Positions 49,621 through 63,303 of a DNA stretch of 64,000 bases are shown one piece after another. The notes beneath the pieces were generated by a model. It made no database searches. It saw nothing but the letters and a program-made list of their open reading frames with translations, and was not told the origin of the DNA. The DNA is from Monocercomonoides exilis PA203 (lineage: Eukaryota; Protista; Preaxostyla), in NCBI GenBank assembly GCA_001643675.2, contig LSRY02000014.1:1426001-1490000 (forward strand), given 5' to 3'. The position numbers and the translations under genes were made by a program. Within the stretch, counting starts at the first letter, position 1. The number at the start of each line of letters is the position of its first letter.

Positions 49621-50855
49621 GTTGAATTGATGAACCAGAAGACAACAATATCGTAGAAGCAAAAGAGATGAATCTGAGTGAAAGAAAAATTTAAAAGAAG
49701 TCATCCAAGAAAAAAATCCTTTTTTCATAATCAAAACATGGTTCCAAACCAAGCAACAATTATCCCTCTGTGACATGACTAAAGAAAATACAAACAATGA
49801 CAAAATAACTGACAAGATATTTGTGATTTATCAAAAAGGGTTATTAAGAATGATTTCCCAATTTTAAACAACAAAAATAATTAATTTGAAAATCGATTCA
49901 TAACAATTCTTATTATTTTGAAAAAATATTAATTTTTAATAAAGATGATTGAGCTCACAACTAGTACATTTTTTTTTCCAAAAAATATTTGTTGAAGAAT
50001 TTTTTCCCTCAATTCGTTATTGATTGAAAAAGACAATAAATGAGAAAAAGTCATAAAGACTGATATTTCAAATTCTATAAATTTTTTTTTTCAAATGTTC
50101 TTTGGTAAATTCAAAGAAGTTTTATCCATCATTCGTTAAATTTTATCACTTGTTAATTAAATAAAATTAATTAAGGAATAAAATTTTTTCTTTGTTAGAT
50201 AAATGATTTGATAATTTGTCATGTCAAAGAAGAATTGCAATAATTATATAAATTAATCAATTAATAAATAATAAATCATAAATCTCATTGCATGACAAAC
50301 TCTTTTCAAGTTTCATTTTCAACCAATTTTGATTTTTTCACAAAATATTAGAGAAGGAAAAAGAGAATATTTTTTTATTTTAAAATATATACAACAAGTA
50401 TTTTGATAAAAAAAAAATAAACTTCACTCTTCCTTCCATCTTTATTTTCCACCTTTTATCAAGATCACCCTATTTCTAATTTTATATCATAATAAATAAC
50501 ATTATTTAGAATTTCTTTATATTCTTTCGTGACTAGCCCCATGCCCTTCACTCAGCTTTCACAACATCATCATAATACTATAAAAAACAATAAAAACCGT
50601 TCAAATCAAATCAGCTTTGTAGGCCTTTGCGACAGACCGACATTTTTTTCACAGCTCGACAAGTCGACCGACAAGACAATCCTCTATTTTTTTATTTTTT
50701 GATAAACGAAAAAACAACAAATCAAGATTCAATTTTTCTGTTTTTATTGAATCATTTTTTATTTTTATTTATTTATTTATTTATTTTTTTTATTTTCATA
50801 AGATTCCTATAAACAAATATTTAAATAATTGATATTGAAAGATTTCAATGGGTTA

Positions 50856-50922
50856 TCGACAGATCTTTGTCGAGATCAGTCGAACGATAAAGATCAGTCG
50901 GTCGAAAAGATCTATCTGTCGA
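50856..50922. repeat. Compact palindromic cluster of TCGA/AGATC motifs
   Basis: Ends TCGACAGAT...ATCTGTCGA, with internal AGATCAGTCG twice, in an otherwise AT-rich tract. Confidence 0.5.
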
Positions 50923-52429
50923 ATGGATATGATTATTTTGAAAACATTTCTTTTTATTCAGAAATTGACTTTCATTACAATTTTGTTAAAAATGTCATTC
51001 ATAACTTGAAAAAATTTTAAGTTCTTTTAAGAAATTGAGTGTTTGTTTGTCTGATATAATATATATGCCGTCCAAAACCACACTTTTGCATAACATTTCA
51101 TCTTCTTTCCGATATTTTTGTAATAAATGATATAAATAAAAAACAGTTTTTGATTGCATTCCATAATAATTACATATTTTTTGTTTTGTGAACAAACATT
51201 AAATTTGTGGTCAAAAAGGGGGAACATGCACTTAAGGTTTAACAAAAATCATTGTTTTTGTTATTGAATTCGATAATTCAAGATAGAAATTTGACAGAAT
51301 TGTTATATCCACTGATGAAGATTTCATACTATATGTGAAGATTTGCACATCATAATTCAAATTGCACAATGGAAAGAATCTCTTTCATATGAAAATAGAA
51401 AGAAGCTTCGAAAATTTGGAGATTCTATGATTCAATTATTATGCTGGAAAAAAGAAAAAGAAAAAGAAACTGCTCACGATTTTGAAGAAGAAAGCTGAAT
51501 TAATATTGAAAACAAAAGGAAAAAATGAAGAATAACAGTTTGTTTGGTAATTATTTGTTCCTTTTATTCTCTTTTCATAATTCCATCTTTTTTTTTGCAA
51601 TCAAATCTTATAATCTCTTTCACTTAAGCTTTTTCCAACATCTCCTCTTTTCCTCTTTCCAATACGACTTCTTCTCCTTCATCTTCTCTTTAAGCTTTTT
51701 TCTCTTCCTTCTCCTTCTCCTTCTTTTTCTTATTTCTCCTCCAACACCTCCATCACATCTAAGAACGTCACCTTGTTCTGCCACAATTTCTGGTCTTTAT
51801 AGCAGCTACAGCAGCAAAATTTGCTCCTTCAAATTCAAAACTACCTCCTAAACATGCAATTGATTCATCAATCACAGAAGCAACAACGACAGCTCCATCA
51901 TGAAACACAAACCTCTTCCTGAAGCATTTTCCTTAAACAGTACCACTCCCGGGATAAACATACAATCACATCCTTCTGCAGTTTCTTCCACATAAACACT
52001 AAATCTATCAATGTCGTCTACATAACATTCACAATATGCACATAAAATTGTGAGCCTACCTCTTATCAGTCCATTGTCAAATCACAATAAGACTTTTCCA
52101 GTGAGCGATACAAATTCACAAGTGACAGAACAAAAATAATTAGTCTCTGATTCTTTGTTGTCTCCGCAGTTGCACATTTGACAACAGCAGGAACAGCAAC
52201 AAAAGGCAAATACTGACGCAACACGATTAAACACACAAATTCCTCCTCAGATGACTTCACCTCAAAACAGCAGTATTTTTGTATCCTCAGCTTCTTCAGC
52301 TTCTGCCTCTTCGCTTTCTCAAGCTTTATAGCACGTCACAACTATTTCAATTGCTGTAACGTATATCACTCCACACGATGTACTTATCTCTTAACCAACG
52401 TCTTCGATTTCACCTTCAGCTGATCCAGT

Positions 52430-53570
52430 TAACATCGATTCGAGGAATCTTCGGAAGAAGGACACAGTTGCCATTGGGTGGAAAGTGGTGTCGAAGTGGC
52501 TGCGAGACCTGTGGCAGTGGGCGGACCAGAATGTGCTGAAAGGATTGAGGAAGAAGCGGGAGAGCTGGAACTGGTAGCACATCAACAAGAAGAGAAAGGG
52601 CGACAGGCTGCGAAACACGAATGAGAGTGTGCGGTATTTGCGTGCGATGGACCAGGATGCACAGGACGAGGACATGAGAGACAGAGCAAAAAAATCCTTT
52701 GTTGAGATTCAAAATTTCGCAATGAACGAACACTTCGAAATGAACAAGAAGAATCTGGAGAGCGAGAGGAATAATTCTCAAATGGGAGGGGCTGGAGATG
52801 AAGATTTGCTTACAAAACTGATTGAAGAAGACGACAACAAAAAGAAAAAAGGAAAAATAGAATCGAAAGAAGAACAAGCAGAAGACTCCAAAGACGGAAA
52901 AGACGCAAAAAACAATAGATTGTGGCAGCTCGCAGCAGTGTGAGTGAACGAAGGAGATCGAATGGCTGAGTGAAAAGGGGAGATTCAGAAACAGCGAGAG
53001 AAAGAGAAGGAGAAACAGAGAGATGCAACAATGGAAGCGAAGCAGAAGTAATTGGAGACTGCAAAGAGAAGGGAAAGAAAACAAGTCCATTGAGAAGATT
53101 CAGAGGGAAGAGCAGAAGAGAATTGTTGATCATGAAAAGCAGAAGTTGATGAAGGAAGAGAAGAAACTTGCAAAGAAGCGGAAGAAGGAGGAGGCCGAGC
53201 AGAGCCTTATTCGATTTGAACAAAAAGAAGAAGAAGCGGAAAGGCTGCAGGACGAGAAGAAGTTTGACGAGATTCGCAACAAGCTGAAGAAAGAGTCAGC
53301 GGAGAAGGAGGAAAATGTGCAGCAGCGACTGCTGAATTAGAAGCAGCTGGAGGCGCTGGAGATAACAGCTGAGTTGATTACGAAGAGAGCAGAGATAAAT
53401 GTGGTATTCAAGTTTGCGCACGTGCAGTTCTTTCAAATGTTGGGAGATGCACTGAAAAAAGAAGAGGACAAAATGTTCAGGGAGAAGGAGAGAATGAAGG
53501 AGATAAAAAATTGAGAAAGAGAGATGGAAAGGAAGATGAAGATGAAGATGAAGAGTTTAAGAGAAAGAAA
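52430..53570 (+). pseudogene. Decayed gene for a charged coiled-coil protein of unknown family
   Basis: Purine-rich, E/K/R-rich reading frame broken by in-frame stops and frameshifts (ORF pieces 52629-52943 and 53023-53340). Confidence 0.5.
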
Positions 53571-54889
53571 GAGAACTGGTATCAAATAAGGAGGAAGTAA
53601 ATGATGCAACTTTTTTAGGAGTGAATCTTTAGATACTCCAGCTTTGCTTCAATCCACTTTTGATTCTCAGTCAACTTTTCATAGGATTGAAGTTCTTTCT
53701 GTAACTTGCAATGTTCCTATTCTCTCTCCCATCACAGATTGCGCCCAAAAAACACATATGCACAAAATAATCAGTCAAAGTGTTCGATCTGTTCATCAAT
53801 GGCAATCGCATTTCATCAATCTATATCAATTCTTCCAAGGTGTCCTCATTCTCAATGTACTGTGTCCATTTCATTGTTTTCAAAGGAGATGCTTCCATCA
53901 AATTTTGCAGTCTTAACACAAAATAATCAGCAATTATTGTATCTACCTTATTTTCTCACTCAAGTTGCTTCTTCTTCTTCAACAATTCTCTTCAAACATT
54001 CGACAAAGCTCTTTCAGGAGCAACATTTTCAATAAGCACATCATCAATATCATTTTCATTATTTCAGCTTTTGCCCCAACAATTATTACACCAACTCCAA
54101 CAGACAGTAATGTTCCAGTCTTTTTCCTCTGCATCTCAGCCTTCTTTTTCTCCTGAAAGATCTGCATGGCCTGTTTAAAGCTAGCGGAAGTGGATGTCTG
54201 AATAAGAGTGAGTCACGTTCGGCAATGTGTAGGGCATCTAGTCTCTTTCTTTTGAGACTTACAACAGCGCTGACAAAGAGGACGGGAAGGAGTGAATGAA
54301 GAGCAACAGGATGATGCTCTGTGACGTTAACAACTCGTCTTATTCTACTGCTTCTTTAAATAACAGAAATACTATTTATCAATTTTTGCTTCAACTCATC
54401 AACGTTCAATTGCATATGTCATGTTTTGATTCAATTTTTTTGTTATGAACTGACTACAGTCTATTTACAGCGTTAAATGATGATAATTGAAAGATGCAGA
54501 AATACGTTAACAGACAGAATGAAATTAAAATAAATAGCATAGCTTCAATTTTTTTCACTTTATATAACTCAATTGTCTGAACTTATACCATGAATATTCC
54601 AAGATCTGACAATTGCTATCACACTTCAATTTCTTTTTTGTTTTTGGTTTGATAAAAATTTAAGTGTTTTTGTTTCATCTTCCATTGTTAAAAACAGTTT
54701 TATTTTCTAAATTTTGCTATTTTAATTATTAGCCCTCTAAGTTGTTGTTTAATCAACAAATAATTATCGAAAAAGTCAATTTTTATTGTTTGATCATGAA
54801 AAAATGGGATTTTTCAGTCAGAAAAAAATTCATACACAAGTTGAAAATTACAGATTAATATGATAAAAAAGAATCCTTTTTTCTCTCAT

Positions 54890-54928
<39 letters not shown>

Positions 54929-56959
54929 GTGTTAAAAAATAACCATTATCTTCTTCATTTAATTTTTGAAAAAATATTTTAAAAATAAACATCAAATTAT
55001 CCAAAACAATATTAAAACAATAATAATGATTTATGAAAAAAATGTTATATTCACAAATTTTCAACATTATTCCTTAAACACATTTAACGTTATCATCCAC
55101 TTCGAATTATACAAATCTTTATAACTTTCAAAATAAATAAAACTTGATATTTCACTTTTTCTTAATAGAAAGTACTTATTTTGTAACTTATCTTCTGAAC
55201 ATTTTTAAAAGATTAAATTTTAATGTTTGAAAATACAACAATGAAAACTCGAATATTTTGAATTATCATCATAAAACAAATTCAATTGATTATTTATAAC
55301 ATATTATATCTAGATTTTATGGAAAAGACTTACGTAGTTATTTTTTTTTGTGAGTATTCATGCGGTTTAAATTATATTCAACAAATATTTTTTTAATAAA
55401 TTTCTTAATTATTGGATGATTCACTTTATTTGAATATTGAAAATTTTGATAATTTAAATATTTTTTTATTATATATTTTGATAATCATTTTGTAATATTT
55501 TATATATATTATTATTTCAAATTTATTGAAGTTTTTTATTCATTTTCACTTTTTAATACTAAATTGAATTAAGGATTTTTTAAAATGAAATTGGTAGAAT
55601 TTGTGTAAATATTATTAAATAATTTGATATTTGTGAAGATTTTTGTGTAAATTGATTTATATTGATGTTTTTATAATAATAATTAAATCTTAATATTTGA
55701 ATCACATGCCTTTTGAAGTGAATATTTTTGGAGTGATGTGACGTTACAACAAAAATATTTTTATTCACTCATTTTTTCAAATTCCACTTTTGTCAAAATA
55801 ATAAAAGTTATTAACAACAATAGTTAAATATTAATATTTTATTAAATAAGATTTAATGTGTTATTATGATTCTTATTTAAAATTTTTTTATCAATTATTA
55901 TATATTAATGAATGAACAATGGGTTGTGTCGTGATCATTTTTTAATTGTATAAATACCACGGCATTCACATCACTGTCTGTCACCGACGTGATTTAAGTC
56001 AATAGTCTATTTTTTTAAATGTTTGTATTTTCAATTTGAAAAAATGTTAATATTAAAGTTTAAAACTTGTTAAAATTTTTGTATTTATCAATTGTGAATA
56101 ATTTTTTATTTTTTGCAATTTTTCTAATATTTTTTCGAACCATTTCTATCATTAAAGCATGTTCTTCACATAGATATGGGCGATTTTTTATGGGATCATT
56201 ATATTCGACTCTTCAAATGTGACAGATTGAATTGGTGAAAAAAAACAATTTATTTTAATAAAAATATTAATAATAATAATAAATGTGTATTTTTTTGAAA
56301 AGCTCCGAGACTTAAATTTTGTCCCACAAAAAATCAAAATTGATCATTTCGTTTCCATCATTCATTTTTGTTAATTCCACATTTGTATTTAATTCACATA
56401 TCCTCGAATATAAAGTTTCAATAAGATCGATATTACATAAACTATCAACTAACTTTTCATTTTTAATTTAAAAAATTATCTATTAGTTGTTATTTGTGTC
56501 AAACTATTATTTTCATAAATATTGACCTTTTTTGTTTCTATAATTTGAATTGACATTTGGTTTTTTTAACTTTCATAAACATTTCTATATTTCAATGAGT
56601 TGATAAAACGAAAAAGTAAAAAGTCTCATATATTGTATTATTTTTTGAAAGTTAATGATAACGAAAATTCAAACGTTTTAATACTCATGGATGAAAAACT
56701 ATATTCAAGAATTTGAACAAATTAATTGAATACATATGTTTTTATAAAATTTTAATATTATCTGCAATTAAAACATCAAAAGGCTTGAATTCAAAAACTC
56801 AAAATGATATTAATCATTTTTTGAATCAAATGATGAATCACATCTTTTGTGGAGAAAAATTTCTCTTTTGCTTTTTTCTAATTTTTTTCTTTTGACTTTT
56901 AAACATTGTAAGAAGAAATAAATATCTGCAAGTTCTCATCGTTAGAAAACGGGAAAATT

Positions 56960-59760
56960 GGAGGATGATTAACATTTCTGATCCTGATGCAAATGAAGTG
57001 TTCCTGTTATTGGAAGAGCTACCGATAGACGTTTTGGGGTATCTGAAAAATCTTCCAGAGGTTGATCCTTCACTGAAGTCTTCGCATCACTATGCGACTT
57101 TATAATTTTCTATATCCTCTTTTCTTCTTCAACTGGAGCATAACTCTATTTTGGCTCTTCAATCTAGATGTTGAGAAGAAAAGAGAAGAATATAACAGGG
57201 GAAATAAATGATCCGTATCTTCATCAGTGCCTTCGATTTTCCCATCGGATGCCTCGGCGGTGGTGGCGTCATAGATGTCGGCAGCAGCTATGAATGAAAT
57301 CGAGATTCGACTGCGGATTTTGGTGCCTGAGGCGGCTAGGGTGTATGCACGGCACAAACAGATGTTACTGCAGAAGCTATCTGGTTATGTTGAAGCGCGG
57401 TGGGCAGTGCTGTTTGGGGGCATTGTGCGCACCTCTGATGTGGTGCTTTCGGTGATGTTTTCAATTACGCTTGTTGCTCCGCTTCCTTCAATTGATGAAT
57501 ATCTGTTGATGAAGTCGGGAAGCAAGAACATCTTTGTTGTGGAAGTGTGAATGTGTTCCCATCGATCTTCAAATCTGTTGAGCCCGTCGCTGCTTTTGTC
57601 TGCGACAGCGTGGCTGATGTCGCGATCACAGCTGTCGAGGAGAGTTGTGGTGATGAATAAGGTTAGAGGAAGTGATGCGGAGAGTGTTTGCAGTGTGAAA
57701 AGTGCTGGAAAAGTTGGGGAGATGGTGGTGGAGGCGGAAAGGTTGAAGATGGAGTATGTCAATCAGGTGATAAAAGCGATTGAGCTGGTTGTTCTAGAGG
57801 AGTGAGAAGAAGCAATAGAAGCAGAAGAAGGGGAAGAAGAAGGATAAGAGTGAGGAGGAGGAAAAGAAAAAAAGGAAAAAAAAACATTAAGTGGTGAAAC
57901 AGGAGACGGATAAGAAGATTACGGAGTTCAACAAGAAGACGAAATATATTTAAAATGACAAGCTGCTTTTGAAGCTAACAAATTGCTAATGGAGGAGAAC
58001 AGGAGAATGGCAATCTCATCCAGATGAGTGATTGGAAGATTCTTCAGCTGAGCGAGAAGTGCAATGAAGAGGTGAAGGAGCTGCAGGTCAGTCTGTTGCG
58101 ATTATGAGAAGGTTGAACTGAGTGTTGTGGGGTTTTTTAATGAAAAGAAACTCATGATGCAACAGGGCGAGGTTGTAAGTGTGGATGGCAAGTGGAAGCT
58201 TGTGGGTTGGAGGTTACACTTCTCATATCTTCTTCGTTGGTTTCTCTGTGTGAGAAGTGAAGGTTCTGTTTTTCATTTCGTTAATTCTTCAGTCGCATCT
58301 ATGTGAAAAATTCCAGGAGATGCTTTCAACGAGCATAGAAGATTGCAGAGCTGTGATGTTCGACCCAAACCCGAGCTGGAAGTGTGTTGATATGAAAGCG
58401 GGAAGCAGAGTGGGTGTTGTGGGAGAAGCAAGCAGGGGTGGAGCAGAAAACGTTGGCGATGGTGATGGAGGATGAGTTGATACAACTGTGAAGCAGAAGA
58501 TGAACCAGATAAAGAATGAAACGAAGATTCTGAAAAAGCTGCTGAAAATGCACGCACAGACAACAAGAAAGCAGAAGGCGCTGTTCAAGGAGGTGATTGA
58601 GAATCAGAAGAAGAGTGAAGCTGTGCAGAAGGCGATGATTCACTGGGTTTAGCTGAACCTGAAGGATTTTGCGGAGGAACGGATGTTTGGAAAGTTTGTT
58701 CATGAATTGTTCACTAAAGATGAACTGTTGTTCTTCATGCACTGTGACACACTACTGCTTGAAGTGTGTTCCGTTACAGCAGCCGACGGAAGAGAGCGAA
58801 AATTTCCTGATAGAATCGTTCCAAATGTTCCGGAAGTGCTCCAACACGTTGTTTGAAGGGGCTTCTGAGAAGAAGATCAAGATATTTATTTGTGAGTTTG
58901 AGATGATGACGTCGGAGAAGGGAGAGGCCTACGCGTCAGTGTTTCTGCGGCTTCTGTTAAACTACTACCGGGCAGAGGCAGCAAAGCGGAAGAAGGCGAT
59001 AACGGTGATGTGTGATGCCTTTGTTCTGGCGAGGCATTGACTTTTTCGTCTTCTTCTTCGTCAAAATTATAAGGTGCATCACAAATTCAGAGTTGGAGTC
59101 TCTTCTGCGTTCCCGCTGTCCGCAGATGCAACAGGTGCTGTCGCAACAATCCTTCTGAGATGCATCCCATCTGTCGAGGTGCTTTCTGCCATCGTTTACG
59201 TCTGTGCTGGATGCGTGCCAGCCTAACAACTTCATCGCGCTATTCCTGCGACTGCAAGACATGTTTGTTTCAACCGATAGACAAGTGTTTCTATCACCTT
59301 TATAGAACAGTGCAGCTGCGGAGACGGTGAAATGGCAACTGGTGCTGCTGAAGCCTGCACTGTACAACCTTTGTGGGTGCTTTCGGGGATATCTGCAGGG
59401 GCAGGGCTGAAGCTGTGCGCGAAGGCTGCATAGTAGGCGGTGGGAAAGAAAGAAGACGGTGAGCTTTGTTCAGGATAGTGCGGCTGCTGGTGAAGTTTGT
59501 GGGGATGCAGCGGAGGAGGAATGAGGTGGAAGGTGCGAACTGCTTTAGGGTGCTGCTGATGAACGGGAAGCGAGTGGTTTTGTTTCACAATCCGATTATA
59601 CGGCAGAGCGAGGGAGGAGGAGAAGAGTCAGTGTCTTGACATGCAACAGCAGTATCTGCTTCTTCAGCGCAGCACAAACATATTCAGAATAGCAAAGAAT
59701 TGGCAACCAACAATATGCGGCTGTTCTTTGAATGTGCATTTGCTGCTATCGATCCTTTGA
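56960..59760 (+). pseudogene. Decayed long intronless ORF(s) of unknown family
   Basis: GC-richer island in which ORFs 57275-57550 and 57551-57805 are the same frame split by a TGA. Further fragments lie at 58257-58475 and 58669-59040, with multiple stops and frameshifts. Confidence 0.5.
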
Positions 59761-61199
59761 TTTCTAGGATGACATTTTCATTGGAGCTATCATCTTCTTT
59801 TCCTTTTTCAACCACTTCTATCTCCTGTTTCTTGTCGTATTCTTTTTCTTTCAAAAAACTTTTGAAAGAAACAAATTAATAATTAACACTGAGAATTCAC
59901 CAATCTTCTTTCGACATATTTCTGAACAAAACGTTTGAAAAGATAAAGTCAAAGAAGGAGATGAAGAAGGTTACAGGAAGGTTATGGAGAAGGTGATGAA
60001 GGAGAAGGAGAAGAAAATGATGACGACGATGATTAAGGAATCTGTTTGAATTCTTATTGTTGAAAAGGAACAGAAGCACTTCTGCTTTGATACTCAAAAT
60101 GAGGCTGACTCTCTACATTCAATGCATTTAAAACACATGATGGCGAAGATGGCGAAGAAGGAGAAGGAAAAGAAGACGGAGAAGAAACCATATAATTCGT
60201 TTGAAATATTGACTGAAATGGATTGTCCCTGGGAATGACGCTCGAAGAAATAAAAAACTTTCGTTTGGAATGGAAAAAAAGATAAATGAAATAAAATAAT
60301 CGGTTTTGCTCGAATTGAAAAAATTCCTCAAAAGAATACATACACCCTCCCTATTGCAAATGCAGAGGATTGTTCAATCACTGATGCTGCCAATCTCCTT
60401 TTGCATTGTTTCCCAGTGCTCCTTTCTCCGTCTGCCTTTTTTCCCCACATAAATATCCTGCTTTTATGTTGTCATCCACTTTCTTTTTCATTAAAAAATA
60501 TCTCTCTTCATTTTTTTCTTTACAAGAGCTGTCTAATTGTTGGCATTCTTCTTTTTATTCTCATCAAAATACTTTTCAATCGAATTCGTGTTCTTCTCCT
60601 TTCCCGACTGAATGCGAAAAACATGCAACTTCCATCTGCTAATTGTCTCTCGGCACAGCTTTCTTCTGATGTTCCATTTGAAAAGCAAAAAATTGATCAT
60701 TCATAGAATTTTTCAGATTCTTGCACTCTGAGAAAGCTACAGATGAAAGTATCTTCACGGTGAATTGAACAATAAAAAATACAAACATCATAATTTTCAA
60801 ATGCTATTTTGGAAAATAAATTTCCTTCAAAGCTGCTTTTTTTAAAAATTATCTCGTTCAATTCCATCGCCGCTGTTTCGCTGTCACTGACCTTTTTGCA
60901 GAGAAAAATATTATTTTCTGTCCCGCAGAAAATGTTCATTTTCTCTCCTCCTATCCCGTCCACATGGTTTCATGGAAAAAAAGATAACTGAACGATCAAA
61001 TTTGCCACAGCATTTTTTCAAACATAATGAAAATTATTATAAAATCTATCGATTGCACGTTTTCAAATTCCAAAACAATCTAAAAAGCAATTCCCATACA
61101 TATTTTTTTTCGATATTTAAAAATTGCAAGCACAAATAAAAAAAATTACTCATGAAAGATCAACGATGCAACGATTTTATGATCTCATAAAAAATTAGC

Positions 61200-62800
61200 C
61201 ATATGGAGAGGACAAAAGATGCGCTTATTAATACAAAAACAATGGCAGGAGTTGAGAGGTTAATCAAAAGATATGAATGGTTGGAAGAAGTGGATTACGC
61301 ATGTGCGAATGAGCGTTGTGTGGTGGGTGTTTTGCAGCAGGAAGGAGATGTTGAAAAGCACAGAGCAGCAGCAGGGTTGGTGGTGATATAGTCACAGTTA
61401 TTATTGTTTTCAATGATATTTGATAATGTGAATGGGAGATTGAGGAGGAAAGAGGGATGCGTGCTGGTGGTTGAGGAGTGTGTGGTGAGCGGGGATGAGC
61501 TGAGACAGATCGATATGCAGGTATTCTAACAGAGGAGGGAGAGTGCGGAGGTGGGCAGCACAGCAGTGAGCGATATGTTTGGTCCGGGGAGCAGATGCGA
61601 GCAGAACCGGATGGAAACTGCAGGCGCAATTGGTATGTGTTTCTGCTCCGTGCTTTCGAACGTCAGCTGGACAAGCAGCGGGGTACAGGCGCGGCTGGAG
61701 TTTGTGGTGCGGGAGCTGGTGCAGTGCGGGCTGTACTTCCAGATAATTGTGCGGGGGGTAGATGGGGGCAAGTGGGTGAGGACATACAGTTTTGAGGGCA
61801 CAATGCAGAACACGGAGCGGCGGGGGTTCGGGAGAATCGGGTGGGGGGGGGGGGGGGGGTGATTGAGGAGAGCGGGGCAGAGGAGGAGGTGCTGGCGCAG
61901 GTGGTGTATTTGAGCGAGGAGCTGGGTGTGGAGTAGCGGAGTGGCGGGGAAGGGGGAGTGTGGAGGGCAGGGGAGGAGACAGTGGAGGATGACGCAGGGG
62001 AAGGAAGAAAGCTCAACGAGACAGCCGCAATTTCACTGGAAAGAAGGAAGGTGTTGGCAGGGGGCGGAGCCTGTTTGAGCTGAATGGGAAGACGATGATA
62101 CTGCATATTGAAGTGAGTACGGTGTGTGTGATAGTTGTGGCGATGTCTGTGGGGTTCCACGTGCGAAAGCGTCTGCAGAGGAAGCAGCAAGATCAGCGAC
62201 TTGTGCATCCCAAGGAGATGGCAGATGAAAAGCAGAAGAGCAAAGTGTGGAGTGGATGCTGAGAAAACATTGACGGAATTGAATGAAGAACTGGAGAAGA
62301 AAGTGATGAGGAAGGACGGAGGTTCATGATGGAAAAAAAATGGAATGGAGGATGTGGAAAGGAAAGAGAGGATGGGAAGAGTGGGGTTGAGGAAGAGGAA
62401 GATAATTCTGAACATCAAGTTGGAGAATTGTTTGGAGTTGCGAATAAGAATGCAGTACGGATGCTGGAGCTGCTGCTGCACTGTGAGTAATTTTCAGAGA
62501 AAGTTGTGTTAGGTGTGCACAGGTGCCATCACATCCTGCGGAACGGGGAGTCCTGGATGCTGCTGATGAACTTGAACCCGTGAGCAGTGATTGTGAATGG
62601 ACTGGATGTGGCGGTGAAGCAGGATAAGATCCAACGGCGAGGAGAGGTGCGGACGTCGGAGGAGTGGGAAATGCAGTCAAAGGCACATGAGATTTTCGCG
62701 AGAGAAGACTGTGGGAAAGAAAGGAGGAAAAGGGAGCTGAGGGAAATGGGAGAGGCAGTGCGGCTGGCGAAAAAGAAAAAGAAAAAGAATAAGAATTAGA
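61200..62800 (+). pseudogene. Decayed G-rich ORF island with a poly(G) tract
   Basis: Fragments 61203-61391, 61551-61862, 62135-62329 and 62587-62799, a strong G skew, and G17 at 61843-61859. Confidence 0.4.
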
Positions 62801-63061
62801 TAAAGATAAAATAAAGATAAAGATAAAGAAATAGAAAAAGAAATAGCAAAAGAAGATGAGAAGAGGAGGAGGTGAAAGAAAAAAGAGGAGAAGACGAAGT
62901 ATTCAATGGAGAAAAAGAAGAAAAAGAATATGATAATGACGAAGATCATGAATGAAAAAAAAGGAAGAAAATCAGAACCATCAAATTGAATGGAAATAAC
63001 GTGCAATAATTTTTTATTCTTACAAAGAAACATCACAAAAAGGAGAGGAACAACTTTCAAA

Positions 63062-63303
63062 TGGGTGATTCTTTTTGAAAAGTCGCAAATGTTTAATTTT
63101 CAAATAAATCAAAAATTTCATATCTTGATCAAATTTCGGTTCCCGCTCGTACAACTTCACAGGAATGTGTTAAATAGCATTATCAAATTATATCTTCCAC
63201 TTTGGTGAAGTTTCGTGAGTGCAAACAAAATTCTGATCAAGATATGAAATTTTTGATTTATTTGAAAATTTAACATTATCGACTTTTCAAAAAGAATTTT
63301 CCA
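63062..63303. mobile_element. 242-bp foldback/MITE-like element, family A copy 3 (best preserved)
   Basis: TIRs TGGGTGATTCTTTTTGAAAAGTCGCAAATGTTTAATTTTCAAATAAATCAAAAATTTCATATCTTGATCA and TGATCAAGATATGAAATTTTTGATTTATTTGAAAATTTAACATTATCGACTTTTCAAAAAGAAT. Colinear with 7461-7702. Confidence 0.85.

Noticed and set aside
57100-59500. Possible UGA=Trp or other alternative genetic code in the decayed ORF island, given several in-frame TGA
   Set aside because: TAG and TAA stops and frameshifts also interrupt the frames, TGG is used for Trp, and intact genes in the window end in TGA or TAA. Ordinary pseudogene decay explains it.
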